The position numbers were made by a program, and so were the translations under genes. 18,664 bases of DNA from Candidatus Krumholzibacteriia bacterium (GTDB lineage Bacteria; Krumholzibacteriota; Krumholzibacteriia; LZORAL124-64-63), in NCBI GenBank assembly GCA_036351155.1, contig JAZBOO010000042.1, positions 1 through 18,664 on the forward strand. Direction: 5' to 3'. Shown here one piece after another: positions 1-8,564 of the stretch. The notes beneath the pieces were generated by a model. It saw only the letters and a program-made list of their open reading frames with translations. It had not been told where the DNA came from and made no database searches. Positions within the stretch are counted from its first letter, which is position 1, and each line of letters starts with the position of its first letter.

Positions 1-389
1 ACGATCACCGGCACGCCGCGCCGTTCCAGATCCTGCAGCAGTTCCTCTTCGTAAGCTTCCCAGCGGCCCTGACCGGCCACCAGCAGCACGATGTCACAGC
101 GGTCCAGCATGGCCCGGCTGCGGTCGTTGCGCAGAGTGCCCAGCTGGCCGGTGTCGTCCATGCCCGCGGTGTCGATCAGCACCACCGGGCCCAGCGGCTG
201 CAGCTCCATGGGCTTGGCCACCGGATCGGTCGTGGTCCCCGGCACCTCGGAGACAATGGCCACATCCTGCCGGGTCAGCGCATTGACCAGGGACGACTTG
301 CCCACGTTGCGCCGGCCGAAGATGCCGATGTGGGTGCGGTAGCCGCGCATGGCTCCCAGCTTACTACTGGACTTGCTAGCAGAAGACAT
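1..389 (-). CDS. hydF: [FeFe]-hydrogenase H-cluster maturation GTPase HydF (N-terminal part; runs off the left edge of the window)
   Basis: Not in the ORF track. Manual translation from ATG 389 gives MSSASKSSSKLGAMRGYRTHIGIFGRRNVGKSSLVNALTRQDVAIVSEVPGTTTDPVAKPMELQPLGPVVLIDTAGMDD..., with P-loop GRRNVGKS, PGTTTDPV and DTAG typical of the HydF G domain. GGAG lies 5 nt upstream and the start overlaps the hydG end by 14 nt. An in-frame ATG at 350 is an alternative start. Confidence 0.93.
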   Translation of the reverse strand, partial: MSSASKSSSKLGAMRGYRTHIGIFGRRNVGKSSLVNALTRQDVAIVSEVPGTTTDPVAKPMELQPLGPVVLIDTAGMDDTGQLGTLRNDRSRAMLDRCDIVLLVAGQGRWEAYEEELLQDLERRGVPVI

Positions 390-1782
390 CGTTGCTCCCG
401 GACCGCACCTTGTACAGCATCTTCAGGGCCTTGTGCCGGTTGGCGTCGTCCATCTCGTTCAGGGCCTCGACAATACAATCCTCGCCCACTTTTTGCGTTT
501 CGGGACCGGCAAAATCGCGCAGGTATTCCTGAAAACTGCTCAGCCCGTTGGGGTCGCAGTGCTTCTTGATCTCGCCCGGCTTGGCCAGGTCCATGAAATC
601 GGCCCCGGTGCGGCCCAGACGATAACACCCGGTGCAGAACGACGGCACATAACCCAGGCTGGCCACATCGCGCACCACCTCTTCCAGTCCCCGGTGATCG
701 CCCAGGCTGAACTGTGCGCCTGCGCTCACATGGTCGTCCATGCCGTCTTCCGAGTAGCCCCCCGGGTTGGTGCGGCTGCCGGCGCTGATCTGACTGACGC
801 CCAGGGCGAAGGTTTCCCGGCGGATGTCGGCCGACTCGCGGGTGCTCATGATGATGCCCGTGTACGGCACCATCAGGCGCAGAATGGCCACGATCTTGCG
901 GAAGGCCAGGTCACTCACCGGCTGGGGCGGCTGGCTGGCCAGCTCGGCACCCGACGCGGGCTCCAGCCTGGGCACGCTGACGGTGTGCGGCCCCACCCCG
1001 AACTCTTTCTCCAGGTGGTGGATGTGCTGCTGCATGGCCAGGATCTCGTAGCGCCAGTCGGCCAGGCCGAACAGCACACCGATGCCCACGTCGTCGATCC
1101 CCGCGGTGAACGCCCGATCCATGGCTCCCAGCCGGTAGTCGAAATCGGCCTTCTTGCCGCGCAGGTGCACCTGGCTGTACACCTCGCGATGGTAGGTCTC
1201 CTGGAAGATCTGATAGGTGCCGATGTTGCGATCCTTCAGCTGCTTGAACTGCCCCACTTCCAGCGGCGCCACGTTCACGTTGATGCGCCGGATCTCGCCC
1301 TTGGGCCGCTTCACCCCGTACACCGTGTCGATAGCCTTGAGAATGTACTCGAACCCCTCTTGCGGGTAGGCCTCGCCCGCCACCAGCAAGATGCGCTTGT
1401 GCCCCTCGTCCACCAGCGAGGCGGTTTCCCGGGCAATCTCGTCCTGGCTCAGGGCCTTGCGCTTGAGACCGCGGTTGCTGCTGCGGAAAGCGCAGTAGGC
1501 GCAGTCGTTGGCACACAGATTCGACACGTACAGGGGCGTGAACATGACCAGCCGGCGCCCGTAGATCTCCTCTTTCACATCGCGCGCGGCGTGGAACAGA
1601 TCGGCCAGCAGGTACGGGTCGCTCAGGGTGCACAGGGCCGACACGTCGGCGGCGTCCAGCCCCTCCATCTGTCGCGCCTTCGCCAGGATGTCCTCGATCC
1701 TGTGCTTGTCCGCGGGGACGGGATTGCTCAGCACGTCGGCAATGGCCTGGGTGTCGATGGTCGGCGAGGGTTGGCTCTGCAT
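376..1782 (-). CDS. hydG: [FeFe]-hydrogenase H-cluster radical SAM maturase HydG
   Basis: 468 aa. Radical SAM CxxxCxxC (CANDCAYC), YQIFQETYH, GPHTVSVPR and SAGSRTNPGGY are present. The C-terminal CX2CX22C (CTGC-YRLGRTGADFMDLAKPGEIKKH-C) distinguishes HydG from ThiH. Adjacent to hydF. Confidence 0.96.
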   Translation of the reverse strand: MQSQPSPTIDTQAIADVLSNPVPADKHRIEDILAKARQMEGLDAADVSALCTLSDPYLLADLFHAARDVKEEIYGRRLVMFTPLYVSNLCANDCAYCAFRSSNRGLKRKALSQDEIARETASLVDEGHKRILLVAGEAYPQEGFEYILKAIDTVYGVKRPKGEIRRINVNVAPLEVGQFKQLKDRNIGTYQIFQETYHREVYSQVHLRGKKADFDYRLGAMDRAFTAGIDDVGIGVLFGLADWRYEILAMQQHIHHLEKEFGVGPHTVSVPRLEPASGAELASQPPQPVSDLAFRKIVAILRLMVPYTGIIMSTRESADIRRETFALGVSQISAGSRTNPGGYSEDGMDDHVSAGAQFSLGDHRGLEEVVRDVASLGYVPSFCTGCYRLGRTGADFMDLAKPGEIKKHCDPNGLSSFQEYLRDFAGPETQKVGEDCIVEALNEMDDANRHKALKMLYKVRSGSNDVFC

Positions 1783-1783
1783 G

Positions 1784-2968
1784 TCAGGACTCCTGAGGGG
1801 CCGGCATTCCGGCGTCGGTGTGATGGTGGTCGGAGACTCCGGTGCGGGCCAGGGTCACCGTGAAGGTGGACCCCACGTTGTCTTCGCTCTGCACGGTCAC
1901 GTCCCCGCCGTTGAGCCGGGCCAGACGCCGGACGATGCTCAATCCCAGGCCGCTGCCCAGGATGGTCTTGGTCTTCTCGTTCTTGATGCGCACGAACTCC
2001 CCGAACAGGCTCGCGGCCTCTTCCTCGGTCATGCCAATGCCCGTGTCGGTGACCTGGATCATCAGCATCTCGTCGTCGCCGCGGACATCGACCGTCACCC
2101 GGCCGCCATCGCGATTGTACTTCACCGCATTGCTCACCAGGTTGTTCAGGATGATTTCCAGTTCCCCCGGATCACCCTGCATGGTGGTGTCGCCGGTGAC
2201 CTCCAGCTCCATGGCAATGTTCCGCACGTCGGCTTCGGGCGCAAAGGTTTCCATGATGCGGGGCAACAGCTCCGCCAGATCCACCGGATGCACTTCCCGC
2301 TGCTTCTGGCCCGATTCAATACGGGTCAGGTCCAGCAGATCGAAGATCAGCTTGCGCATCCCTTCCAGCCGAACCAGACAGCGGTCCACCACCCGGGCCT
2401 GCGCCTCGGGATTGTCCTTGGTCACGCCTTCTTCGATCAGACGCAGATAGCCCTCCACTGCTCCCAGGGGAGCTTTCAGCTCGTGGGCCAGCACCGACAG
2501 GAACTCGAAGCGCACCCGGTGCCGCTCGCTGGCCAGACGCTTGGCCGCCTTCACCGACAGCATGTGCCGGGCAGCCTTCTCGACCACCTTGCGCAGATCA
2601 CCGGGGGTGAACGGCTTGGCCAGAAAATCGTAGGCGCCCTGCTTCGTGGCCTTGACGGCCATTTCCAGCGAGGCATAGGCCGTCACCATGATGGCCAGGG
2701 TGTCCGACTTGTCGGCCACCATTTTTTCGAGGATATCCAGACCGGTGCACCCCGGCATCTGGTGGTCCAGCATGATGATATCGACCGGGCCCTCTTCCAG
2801 CTTGCGCAGGGCCGTCAGGCCATCGGCCGCCTCGGTGATGGCCACGGTGAACTCGCCCTCCATACCCGGCCCGTGCACGGTCAACCCATCCAGGGCCCGG
2901 CACACACCCCGGCGAATTCCGTCCTCGTCATCGGCGATCAGCACCCTGATGATCCGGTCTTCGCTCAT
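1784..2968 (-). CDS. Hybrid response regulator/histidine kinase (REC-HisKA-HATPase), cytoplasmic
   Basis: N-terminal receiver (IADDED, MLDHQMPG, MVTAY, LAKPF), H-box LAHELKAPL, N-box NNLVSNAVKY, G1 DTGIGM and G2 GSGLGL. No transmembrane segment. 4-nt ATGA overlap with the upstream gene. Confidence 0.93.
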   Translation of the reverse strand: MSEDRIIRVLIADDEDGIRRGVCRALDGLTVHGPGMEGEFTVAITEAADGLTALRKLEEGPVDIIMLDHQMPGCTGLDILEKMVADKSDTLAIMVTAYASLEMAVKATKQGAYDFLAKPFTPGDLRKVVEKAARHMLSVKAAKRLASERHRVRFEFLSVLAHELKAPLGAVEGYLRLIEEGVTKDNPEAQARVVDRCLVRLEGMRKLIFDLLDLTRIESGQKQREVHPVDLAELLPRIMETFAPEADVRNIAMELEVTGDTTMQGDPGELEIILNNLVSNAVKYNRDGGRVTVDVRGDDEMLMIQVTDTGIGMTEEEAASLFGEFVRIKNEKTKTILGSGLGLSIVRRLARLNGGDVTVQSEDNVGSTFTVTLARTGVSDHHHTDAGMPAPQES

Positions 2969-4974
2969 GGCTGCTCCTCCTGATGACGCGGCAGATCGAT
3001 GGTGAAGGTGGTGCCCGTGCCCCCCCGCGAAAGGTCGGCGTTGCTGGTGACCGTCAGGTTGCCCCGGTGCATCTTGACGATCCCGTAGCTGACCGCCAGA
3101 CCCAGACCCGTGCCCTGACCCTGCTCCTTGGTGGTGAAGAAGGGCTCGAAAATATGGGACAGGTTCTCGTCGGTGATTCCGCTGCCGTCGTCGGTCACGC
3201 TGATGGCCACCGCGTCCTGGCCTCGCCGCTGAGTGTCAATGGTGATCAAGGTGGCCCCGGTGGTCGGCGCCATGGCGTTGTTCACCAGGTTGATCAGGAC
3301 CTGACTCAGCTGGTCGCGGTCCATCTTCGCCGTCAGCTCGGGGTCCTGGTGGTGAACCTCCACCTGGATCTTCTCGGGAATCAGGCAGCCGTTCAGCGAG
3401 GTGTCGACCAGCTCGGTCAACTTGACCGGCTCGAGGTCGACCTTGTTTTGCCGGGCGAAGTCCAGCAAGCCGGCCACGATGCCCTTGCAGCGGTCGGCCT
3501 GCTCGGCGATGAGCTTCAGATCCTGACCCACGTTCGAGTCGGGGGCGAACTGCTCGGCCAGCAAGTGCGCGTACAGCAGCACCACACCCAGGGGATTGTT
3601 CACCTCGTGGGCAATGCCCGCCGCCAGCTGGCCCATGCTGGCCAGTCGCTCGCTGTGCATGAGCTGGTCCTGGGTCACGGCCAGTTCGTGGTTGGAGCTG
3701 TTCAGCTCGGTGACGGTGTGCTTCAGCTCGTCGATCACGTAGGGCAGGCACATCTCGCTTTCGGCCATGCCCTTGTAGATCGCCATGGCGTGGCGGCGGC
3801 ACGTGTCGTAGCCGCAGGCCCGGCAGTTCAGTTCATCGGCAGGACTGTGCTTGCCCAGCCTGGCCAGGATGGCCTTGAGTTCCTTTTCGCTGGGCTCGCG
3901 CATGCGCCGGTCGTCCGGCTCGAAGGACTTGGTGTAGTCCAGGCTGGCCAGCCGGTCCATGTAGGCCTGCCAGGCAGGCTGATCGGTGCGCGTCTGGCGG
4001 CGGCTCACGTAGCGACTGACCCGGGCCCGACGGCGGAACAGCGGCTCATCCGTGGACATCCCCGCTCCCATGATGCACCCGTTGCAGCACAGGATATCCA
4101 GCAACGCGGCATCCATGTCGCCCGATTCGAACTCGCGCAGAGCTTCGGGAAAATCCTGGCGCCCATCGGCCGACACCACGATGCCCGTGGCCAGATCCTC
4201 GCTCATGCCCGCCGCCTGGACCATGCCCCGCGAAAGGGCAAACACCGCGCCCAGGTTGGCCCGCGGCTCGATGAAGCTCTCAGCCTTGATGGGCAGATCG
4301 GCTATGCCCTTGGCCTGGATCAGATCGGAAAGCTCGCTGAAGGTCAGCGCGGCATCGACGCGGCCCAGTCCCCTGGTGCGCGCCGCCTCGCCCTTCTTGG
4401 CCACGCAGGGACCGATGAACACCACACGCAGATCATCGCCATACAGAGCGCGCAGCGCCTTGGCATCGGCCTCCATGGGCGAGACCACCGGCAGCAACGC
4501 GCTGGTCAGGTCGGGGTGATAGCGCTCCACGTAGGTGACGATGGCCGGACAGGCCGAGCTGATCCAGTGGCGCCCGGTGCCATCTTCCATGAGCTTGCGG
4601 GTTTCGCGGGCCACCAGGTCGGCCCCGAAGCCCACCTCGTGCACCATGTCAAAGCCCAGCGCGTGCAGGGTGCCCACGAACTTCTCTTCATCCCAGTCGG
4701 GATACTCGGCGGGGAAACTGGGCGCCACCGCGGCGGCCACCCTGTACGGCCCCGACAGCAACGCCTCGACCGGCACCACCGAACCGGTGACCACCTTGGC
4801 GTTCTGGCTGCACACCTGCACGCAGTTGCCGCACCCGATGCATCGCTCGTGCAGAATCTGCGCCTGCCCGTCGGCAATCCGGATGGCCTTGGCCGGACAT
4901 TCGCGCACACAGGTGTAACACGTCCGGCAACGTTCGCCGATGGTGGTCACCAGTGCCATGTCAGGTGTGGTCAC
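2965..4974 (-). CDS. Sensory (group C, HydS-like) [FeFe]-hydrogenase domain fused to a histidine kinase
   Basis: GTG start with AGGA upstream. Two ferredoxin motifs (CRTCYTCVRECP, CIGCGNCVQVC), H-cluster-type motifs SSACP / IGPCVAKKGE / DILCCNGCIMG and an extra Fe-S motif NCRACGYDTC...MC. These are followed by a coiled linker, H-box AHEVNNPLG, N-box NLVNNA, DDGSGI, FEPFFTTK and GTGLGL. Confidence 0.9.
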   Translation of the reverse strand: MTTPDMALVTTIGERCRTCYTCVRECPAKAIRIADGQAQILHERCIGCGNCVQVCSQNAKVVTGSVVPVEALLSGPYRVAAAVAPSFPAEYPDWDEEKFVGTLHALGFDMVHEVGFGADLVARETRKLMEDGTGRHWISSACPAIVTYVERYHPDLTSALLPVVSPMEADAKALRALYGDDLRVVFIGPCVAKKGEAARTRGLGRVDAALTFSELSDLIQAKGIADLPIKAESFIEPRANLGAVFALSRGMVQAAGMSEDLATGIVVSADGRQDFPEALREFESGDMDAALLDILCCNGCIMGAGMSTDEPLFRRRARVSRYVSRRQTRTDQPAWQAYMDRLASLDYTKSFEPDDRRMREPSEKELKAILARLGKHSPADELNCRACGYDTCRRHAMAIYKGMAESEMCLPYVIDELKHTVTELNSSNHELAVTQDQLMHSERLASMGQLAAGIAHEVNNPLGVVLLYAHLLAEQFAPDSNVGQDLKLIAEQADRCKGIVAGLLDFARQNKVDLEPVKLTELVDTSLNGCLIPEKIQVEVHHQDPELTAKMDRDQLSQVLINLVNNAMAPTTGATLITIDTQRRGQDAVAISVTDDGSGITDENLSHIFEPFFTTKEQGQGTGLGLAVSYGIVKMHRGNLTVTSNADLSRGGTGTTFTIDLPRHQEEQP

Positions 4975-5026
4975 AGTTCCTGCTCCGGTTGGCCAACAGT
5001 CTTGATTTTCAAGGTGATCATAAAAA

Positions 5027-5044
5027 ATGTTTATTTCTTAACAT
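5027..5044. promoter_or_regulatory. Candidate Rex (NADH/NAD+-sensing repressor)-like operator
   Basis: Imperfect 18-bp palindrome ATGTTTATTTCTTAACAT (reverse complement ATGTTAAGAAATAAACAT) matches 11 of 14 defined positions of TTGTTAA-N4-TTAACAA. It sits between the candidate promoter and the hydrogenase-kinase start. Confidence 0.5.
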
Positions 5045-5059
5045 GAGTCTTCTGAGGCA

Positions 5060-5087
5060 AAATTAGGAAGATTGGGGGGGGAGTCAA
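5060..5087 (-). promoter_or_regulatory. Candidate sigma70 promoter for the hydrogenase-kinase/hydG/hydF operon
   Basis: On the minus strand TTGACT (5087-5082) - 16 nt - TAATTT (5065-5060), with an AT-rich tract further upstream. Confidence 0.45.
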
Positions 5088-5170
5088 GATTCCCCTGTTG
5101 TTTTTTTGGCAATTATTTGAACAACCAATTGACCGATTGTTTTCATTTTATAAAATCAAATTTATCTACC

Positions 5171-5207
5171 AAATGAAAAAGAGAGTCCGGTTGTCCGAAC
5201 TCCCTTT
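5171..5207 (-). terminator. Rho-independent terminator downstream of the VPS10/BNR gene
   Basis: Minus-strand RNA GGGAGUUCGG-ACAA-CCGGACUCUC (10-bp stem with two G-U pairs) followed by UUUUUCAUUU, about 30 nt after the stop at 5233. Confidence 0.85.
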
Positions 5208-5232
5208 GTTTTGATGGGCTTAGAGATCCAGA

Positions 5233-8200
5233 TCAGTCGCGCTCGGCGTATTCCTCGGCCGACAAGAGAGCCAGCGGCTCCTTCCCCGCCGCCTCCAGAC
5301 GGACATTCAAATCGCGCAACTTTTCCGCGGTCAAGGCCTGGAACCCCGCGTTGGCGGCCTCGATTTCGATCCGGAAATCGTCCAGGCGCTGCGTCTGGCT
5401 CTCGGTGGGCCGCCCCCCGTAGCCGGCAATCGAGGCATACAGCCCCACCACCTTTTCCCGCAGCCGCTTCTGGCCGCTGATGCCCTGCACCTCCTCGGTC
5501 ACCATCAATCCCGCATGCATGGCGTCCAGCTCGCCGGCGAAACTCTCCAGGTCTGCCGCCAGGGCGGCGTCCAGGTCGGTGGTGCCGTCCCGCGCGGCAT
5601 CACGCAGTTCCGCCATGGCTTCACACACGTAGGCCAGGCGGCCCAGCATGTCGTACAGCTCCTGCACGATGGCCTGTTGCTCGGCGCGCGCCTTGCGGTC
5701 GTGGGGATAGTCGGGATCGTAAGCCACCTCCACGGTGCCCTCGTACACTTCCTTGCCCTTGGTCAGGCGGTAAGTGTAGGTGCCCTCGGGCGCGGCTGGG
5801 CCCACCGCGGCGGCAAAGCTGGTCGAGGGGTCCAGGACCGGCGACGGCGCCACCTTGGGCGGCTTCAGGCGCGGCGACCAGGTCACGAAGTTCAGCCCCT
5901 TGCGCTTGCTGCCGGGCAAGGTCTTGAGCAGCTCACCCTCCGGAGTGAAGATCTCGATCTTCATTTCCCCGAACATGTGCCGCTTCTTCAGGTAATAGGC
6001 CAGGCGCGCCGACCGGTAGGGATTGCTCGCCGCAAAATAATCGTCGCCGGGCGAGTGCTGCTTGCCCTGGGGAATGTCCAGCACCGCCGACTGGGAAGCC
6101 AGCAGGGACACCTCGTTCTCCAGGGTGCGCGGGGTGATCTGGCGCAGCGGCGTGATATCGTCAATGACCTGGATGCCCCGGCCATGGGTGGCCATGACCA
6201 GGCTGTTTTCCCGGGTCTGGATGACCATGTCCCGGATGCTGACCGACGGAAACTCCTCGGCAAAACGCGCCCAGTGCAGGCCCTGGTCCAGGGTGATGAA
6301 CAGCCCGTGCTCGGTGCCCAGGAAAAGCAGGTCCGGATTCTCGGGGTCTTGCCGCACGCAATGGGCATGCCCGGTGATGTCCTCGGTCACCAGCGCCTGC
6401 CAGGTTCGGCCCAGGTCGGTCGTCAGGTAAACGTAGGGCGTGAAGTCGCCGGTGCGGTGCCCGTCAAAGGTCGCCAGTGCGGTGTGCTTGTCGTGGGGCG
6501 AGGCCTCGATGCTGCTGACCCAGGTGCCGGCGGGAAGCCCGGGCATGTCCGTGCTGACCAGGTCCCACGACTTGCCGTCATTGGCGGTCACCTGCACCTG
6601 GCCGTCGTCGGTTCCCACCCAGATGATCTTTTTCTCCAGGGGCGAAGGCGCAATGGCAAAGATGGTGCAGTGATTCTCGGCCGTGGTGTTGTCGATGGTC
6701 AGGCCGCCCGACTCCTCCTGCCGCTGCTTCTCGGGGTCGTTGGTGGTCAGATCGGGCGAGATCACTTCCCACGATTCACCCCGGTCGGTGCTGCGGTGCA
6801 GAAACTGTGAGCCCGTGTACAGACGGCGGGTATCCGCGCGTCCGGTCACGATGGGCGTGTTCCAGTGCCAGCGCAGCGTGGGACCATCAAGCCAGGGCTG
6901 GGGTTTGATGCCCTTGTCCTCGCCGGTGCGCCGGTTGTGACGGTTCAGGTTGCCGCCCTGCCATTCCCAGTACACAAAGCTGGGGTCGCGCGGGTCGGGC
7001 ACGGTGGCAAAGCCATCGCCGCCGCCCAGATTGGTCCAGTCGCTGTTCTCGATTCCGGAGGGCGAGCGGGACGGCGCCGTCCAGCTGCCGTTGTCCTGCA
7101 GGCCGCCGTACACGTTGAAGGGGCGCTCGTTGTCCACGGCCACCCGGTAGAACTGGCTGACCGGCAGGTTGGGCACATGCTGCCAGCCATCACCCTTGTT
7201 GTAGGTGGTGTACATGCCGCCGTCGGTGCCCACGATCATGTGAGCATTGTTGGCCGGGTTGATCCACTGGGCATGAATATCCGCATGCACCCAGCCGCCC
7301 ACACCGCCAAAGATCTTGCCGCCGTCACGACTCACCAGCAGGAAAGTGTTGGACTTGTACACCCGGTCTACATCCTGAGGGTCCGGCACCACCAGGCTGA
7401 AGTAAAAGGGGCGTCCCTTGATTTGTTTCTGGCTGCTGGACAGAGCCCAGGTTTCGCCCTTGTCGTCGCTGCGATAGAACCCCGAGGTGTCGGCCTCCAC
7501 CGAGGCGTAAATCAGGCTGGGGTTGGCCGGCGAAATGCCCAGAGCGATGCGGCCCAGGTCGCCTTCCGGCAAACCCTGGCGGATCTCCCGCCAGCTGGCG
7601 CCACCGTCGGTGCTCTTGAAAAGGCCGCTGCCGGGACCACCGCTGTGGAACGAGTAGGGCGTGCGGCGAAACTGCCACATGGTGGCGTAGATCGTCTGCG
7701 CATCTTCGGGATCCAGCCACACCTCGCTGCAGCCGGTGTCCTGGTCCACGTAGAGGATCTTCTCCCAGGTCTGGCCGAAATCGGTGGTCCGGTACAGTCC
7801 ACGTTCCTCGCTGGCCGACCACAGCGGCCCCAGGGCGGCGGCATACACCGTGGCCGGATCCTGGGGGTCAATGGCGATGCGCCCGATCCGCTCGGTCCCC
7901 TTCAAGCCCAGGTTTTCCCACTTGTCGCCGCCGTTGACGGTGCGATAGATCCCATCGCCCGCCGACACGCTGTTGCGCACCCACACCTCGCCGCTGCCCA
8001 CCCACACGGTATCGGGTCGGGCCTGGTCGATGGTCACCGCGCCGATGCTCTGGTTGTGCTCGTCGAACACCGGCTTGAAGTTGGTGCCCCCGTTGCGGCT
8101 CTTCCACACCCCCCCGCCGGCCGTGCCCAGATAGATGATCCGAGGATCGTCATTGACCACATCCAGAGCGGCGATACGGCCGCTCATCACCGCCGGGCCC

Positions 8201-8343
8201 AGTTCCCGTGCGCGCAGGGCCCCAAAAACATGGGAGCCGACCTCGATCCCGGCCGCTTCTTCGGCCAGGACGGAGTCGGCTCCCGTGAACGAGGACCCAC
8301 CTGACAACAGCAGGAGCCCCAGGAAGATGACAAAAGTTCTCAA
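5233..8343 (-). CDS. Secreted VPS10/sortilin-like, BNR(Asp-box)-repeat beta-propeller protein (often annotated 'glycosyl hydrolase')
   Basis: 1036 aa, TTG start with AGAAGGAG RBS and an N-terminal signal peptide. GPAVMSGRI motif, many S/T-x-D/N-x-G-x-T/S-W Asp boxes (SRNGGTNF, TVNGGDKW, TTDFGQTW, STDGGASW, SDDKGETW, STDRGESW, TTDLGRTW), YGGLQDNGSW and GGGDGF, then a C-terminal helical region. Confidence 0.88.
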   Translation of the reverse strand: MRTFVIFLGLLLLSGGSSFTGADSVLAEEAAGIEVGSHVFGALRARELGPAVMSGRIAALDVVNDDPRIIYLGTAGGGVWKSRNGGTNFKPVFDEHNQSIGAVTIDQARPDTVWVGSGEVWVRNSVSAGDGIYRTVNGGDKWENLGLKGTERIGRIAIDPQDPATVYAAALGPLWSASEERGLYRTTDFGQTWEKILYVDQDTGCSEVWLDPEDAQTIYATMWQFRRTPYSFHSGGPGSGLFKSTDGGASWREIRQGLPEGDLGRIALGISPANPSLIYASVEADTSGFYRSDDKGETWALSSSQKQIKGRPFYFSLVVPDPQDVDRVYKSNTFLLVSRDGGKIFGGVGGWVHADIHAQWINPANNAHMIVGTDGGMYTTYNKGDGWQHVPNLPVSQFYRVAVDNERPFNVYGGLQDNGSWTAPSRSPSGIENSDWTNLGGGDGFATVPDPRDPSFVYWEWQGGNLNRHNRRTGEDKGIKPQPWLDGPTLRWHWNTPIVTGRADTRRLYTGSQFLHRSTDRGESWEVISPDLTTNDPEKQRQEESGGLTIDNTTAENHCTIFAIAPSPLEKKIIWVGTDDGQVQVTANDGKSWDLVSTDMPGLPAGTWVSSIEASPHDKHTALATFDGHRTGDFTPYVYLTTDLGRTWQALVTEDITGHAHCVRQDPENPDLLFLGTEHGLFITLDQGLHWARFAEEFPSVSIRDMVIQTRENSLVMATHGRGIQVIDDITPLRQITPRTLENEVSLLASQSAVLDIPQGKQHSPGDDYFAASNPYRSARLAYYLKKRHMFGEMKIEIFTPEGELLKTLPGSKRKGLNFVTWSPRLKPPKVAPSPVLDPSTSFAAAVGPAAPEGTYTYRLTKGKEVYEGTVEVAYDPDYPHDRKARAEQQAIVQELYDMLGRLAYVCEAMAELRDAARDGTTDLDAALAADLESFAGELDAMHAGLMVTEEVQGISGQKRLREKVVGLYASIAGYGGRPTESQTQRLDDFRIEIEAANAGFQALTAEKLRDLNVRLEAAGKEPLALLSAEEYAERD

Positions 8344-8357
8344 GGCGATCTCCTTCT

Positions 8358-8539
8358 AGCCCGGATCATTCATGATGGAGTTACTGCGGATGGTAAAAAC
8401 CGCTTCAGAAAAGGCGTTCTCGGATTTGCTCGTTCGACGTACCGCATCGGGTACGCCTTCCTCGCAAATCCTTGTGAGCTCCTTCTCTGAAGCGGTTTTC
8501 CCTCATCCTCGTCACACTCCATCATGAACAATCCGGGCT
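8358..8539. repeat. 182-bp imperfect fold-back palindrome (MITE/ERIC/REPIN-like intergenic element or structured RNA)
   Basis: 24-nt terminal inverted repeats AGCCCGGAT(CA/TG)TTCATGATGGAGT (8358-8381 vs 8516-8539, 22/24 paired). Nested stems: GGATG/CATCC, AAAACCGCTTCAGA/TCTGAAGCGGTTTT (14 bp, perfect), AAGG/CCTT, GGATTTGC/GCAAATCC, and apical CGTACC-GCATCG-GGTACG. Confidence 0.85.
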
Positions 8540-8564
8540 GTTGTTCAGGATAAGAGTCAGGGGT

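Noticed and set aside
5001..5013. Short dyad CTTGA-TTT-TCAAG in the hydrogenase-kinase leader
   Set aside because: Only 5-bp arms and not the TTGAT-N4-ATCAA FNR geometry.
5107..5120. TGGCAATTATTTGA resembling a sigma54 -24/-12 promoter
   Set aside because: Spacing is one base short, the -12 reads GA rather than GC, and there is no plus-strand gene downstream.
5129..5160. AT-rich dyads TTGACCGATTGTTTTCAT and TTTCATTTTATAAAATCAAA as possible Fur/FNR/IHF sites
   Set aside because: Spacing does not fit these consensus sequences and AT-only palindromes arise easily by chance; cannot be assigned.
349..8304. Long plus-strand ORFs (349-1863, 1628-2983, 2983-5046, 5515-6810, 6865-8304)
   Set aside because: Antisense shadows of well-supported minus-strand genes in GC-rich DNA; no recognisable motifs.
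8358..8539. CRISPR array, tRNA or riboswitch interpretation of the fold-back element
   Set aside because: No direct repeat-spacer periodicity, no cloverleaf, and no aptamer consensus that I recognise.
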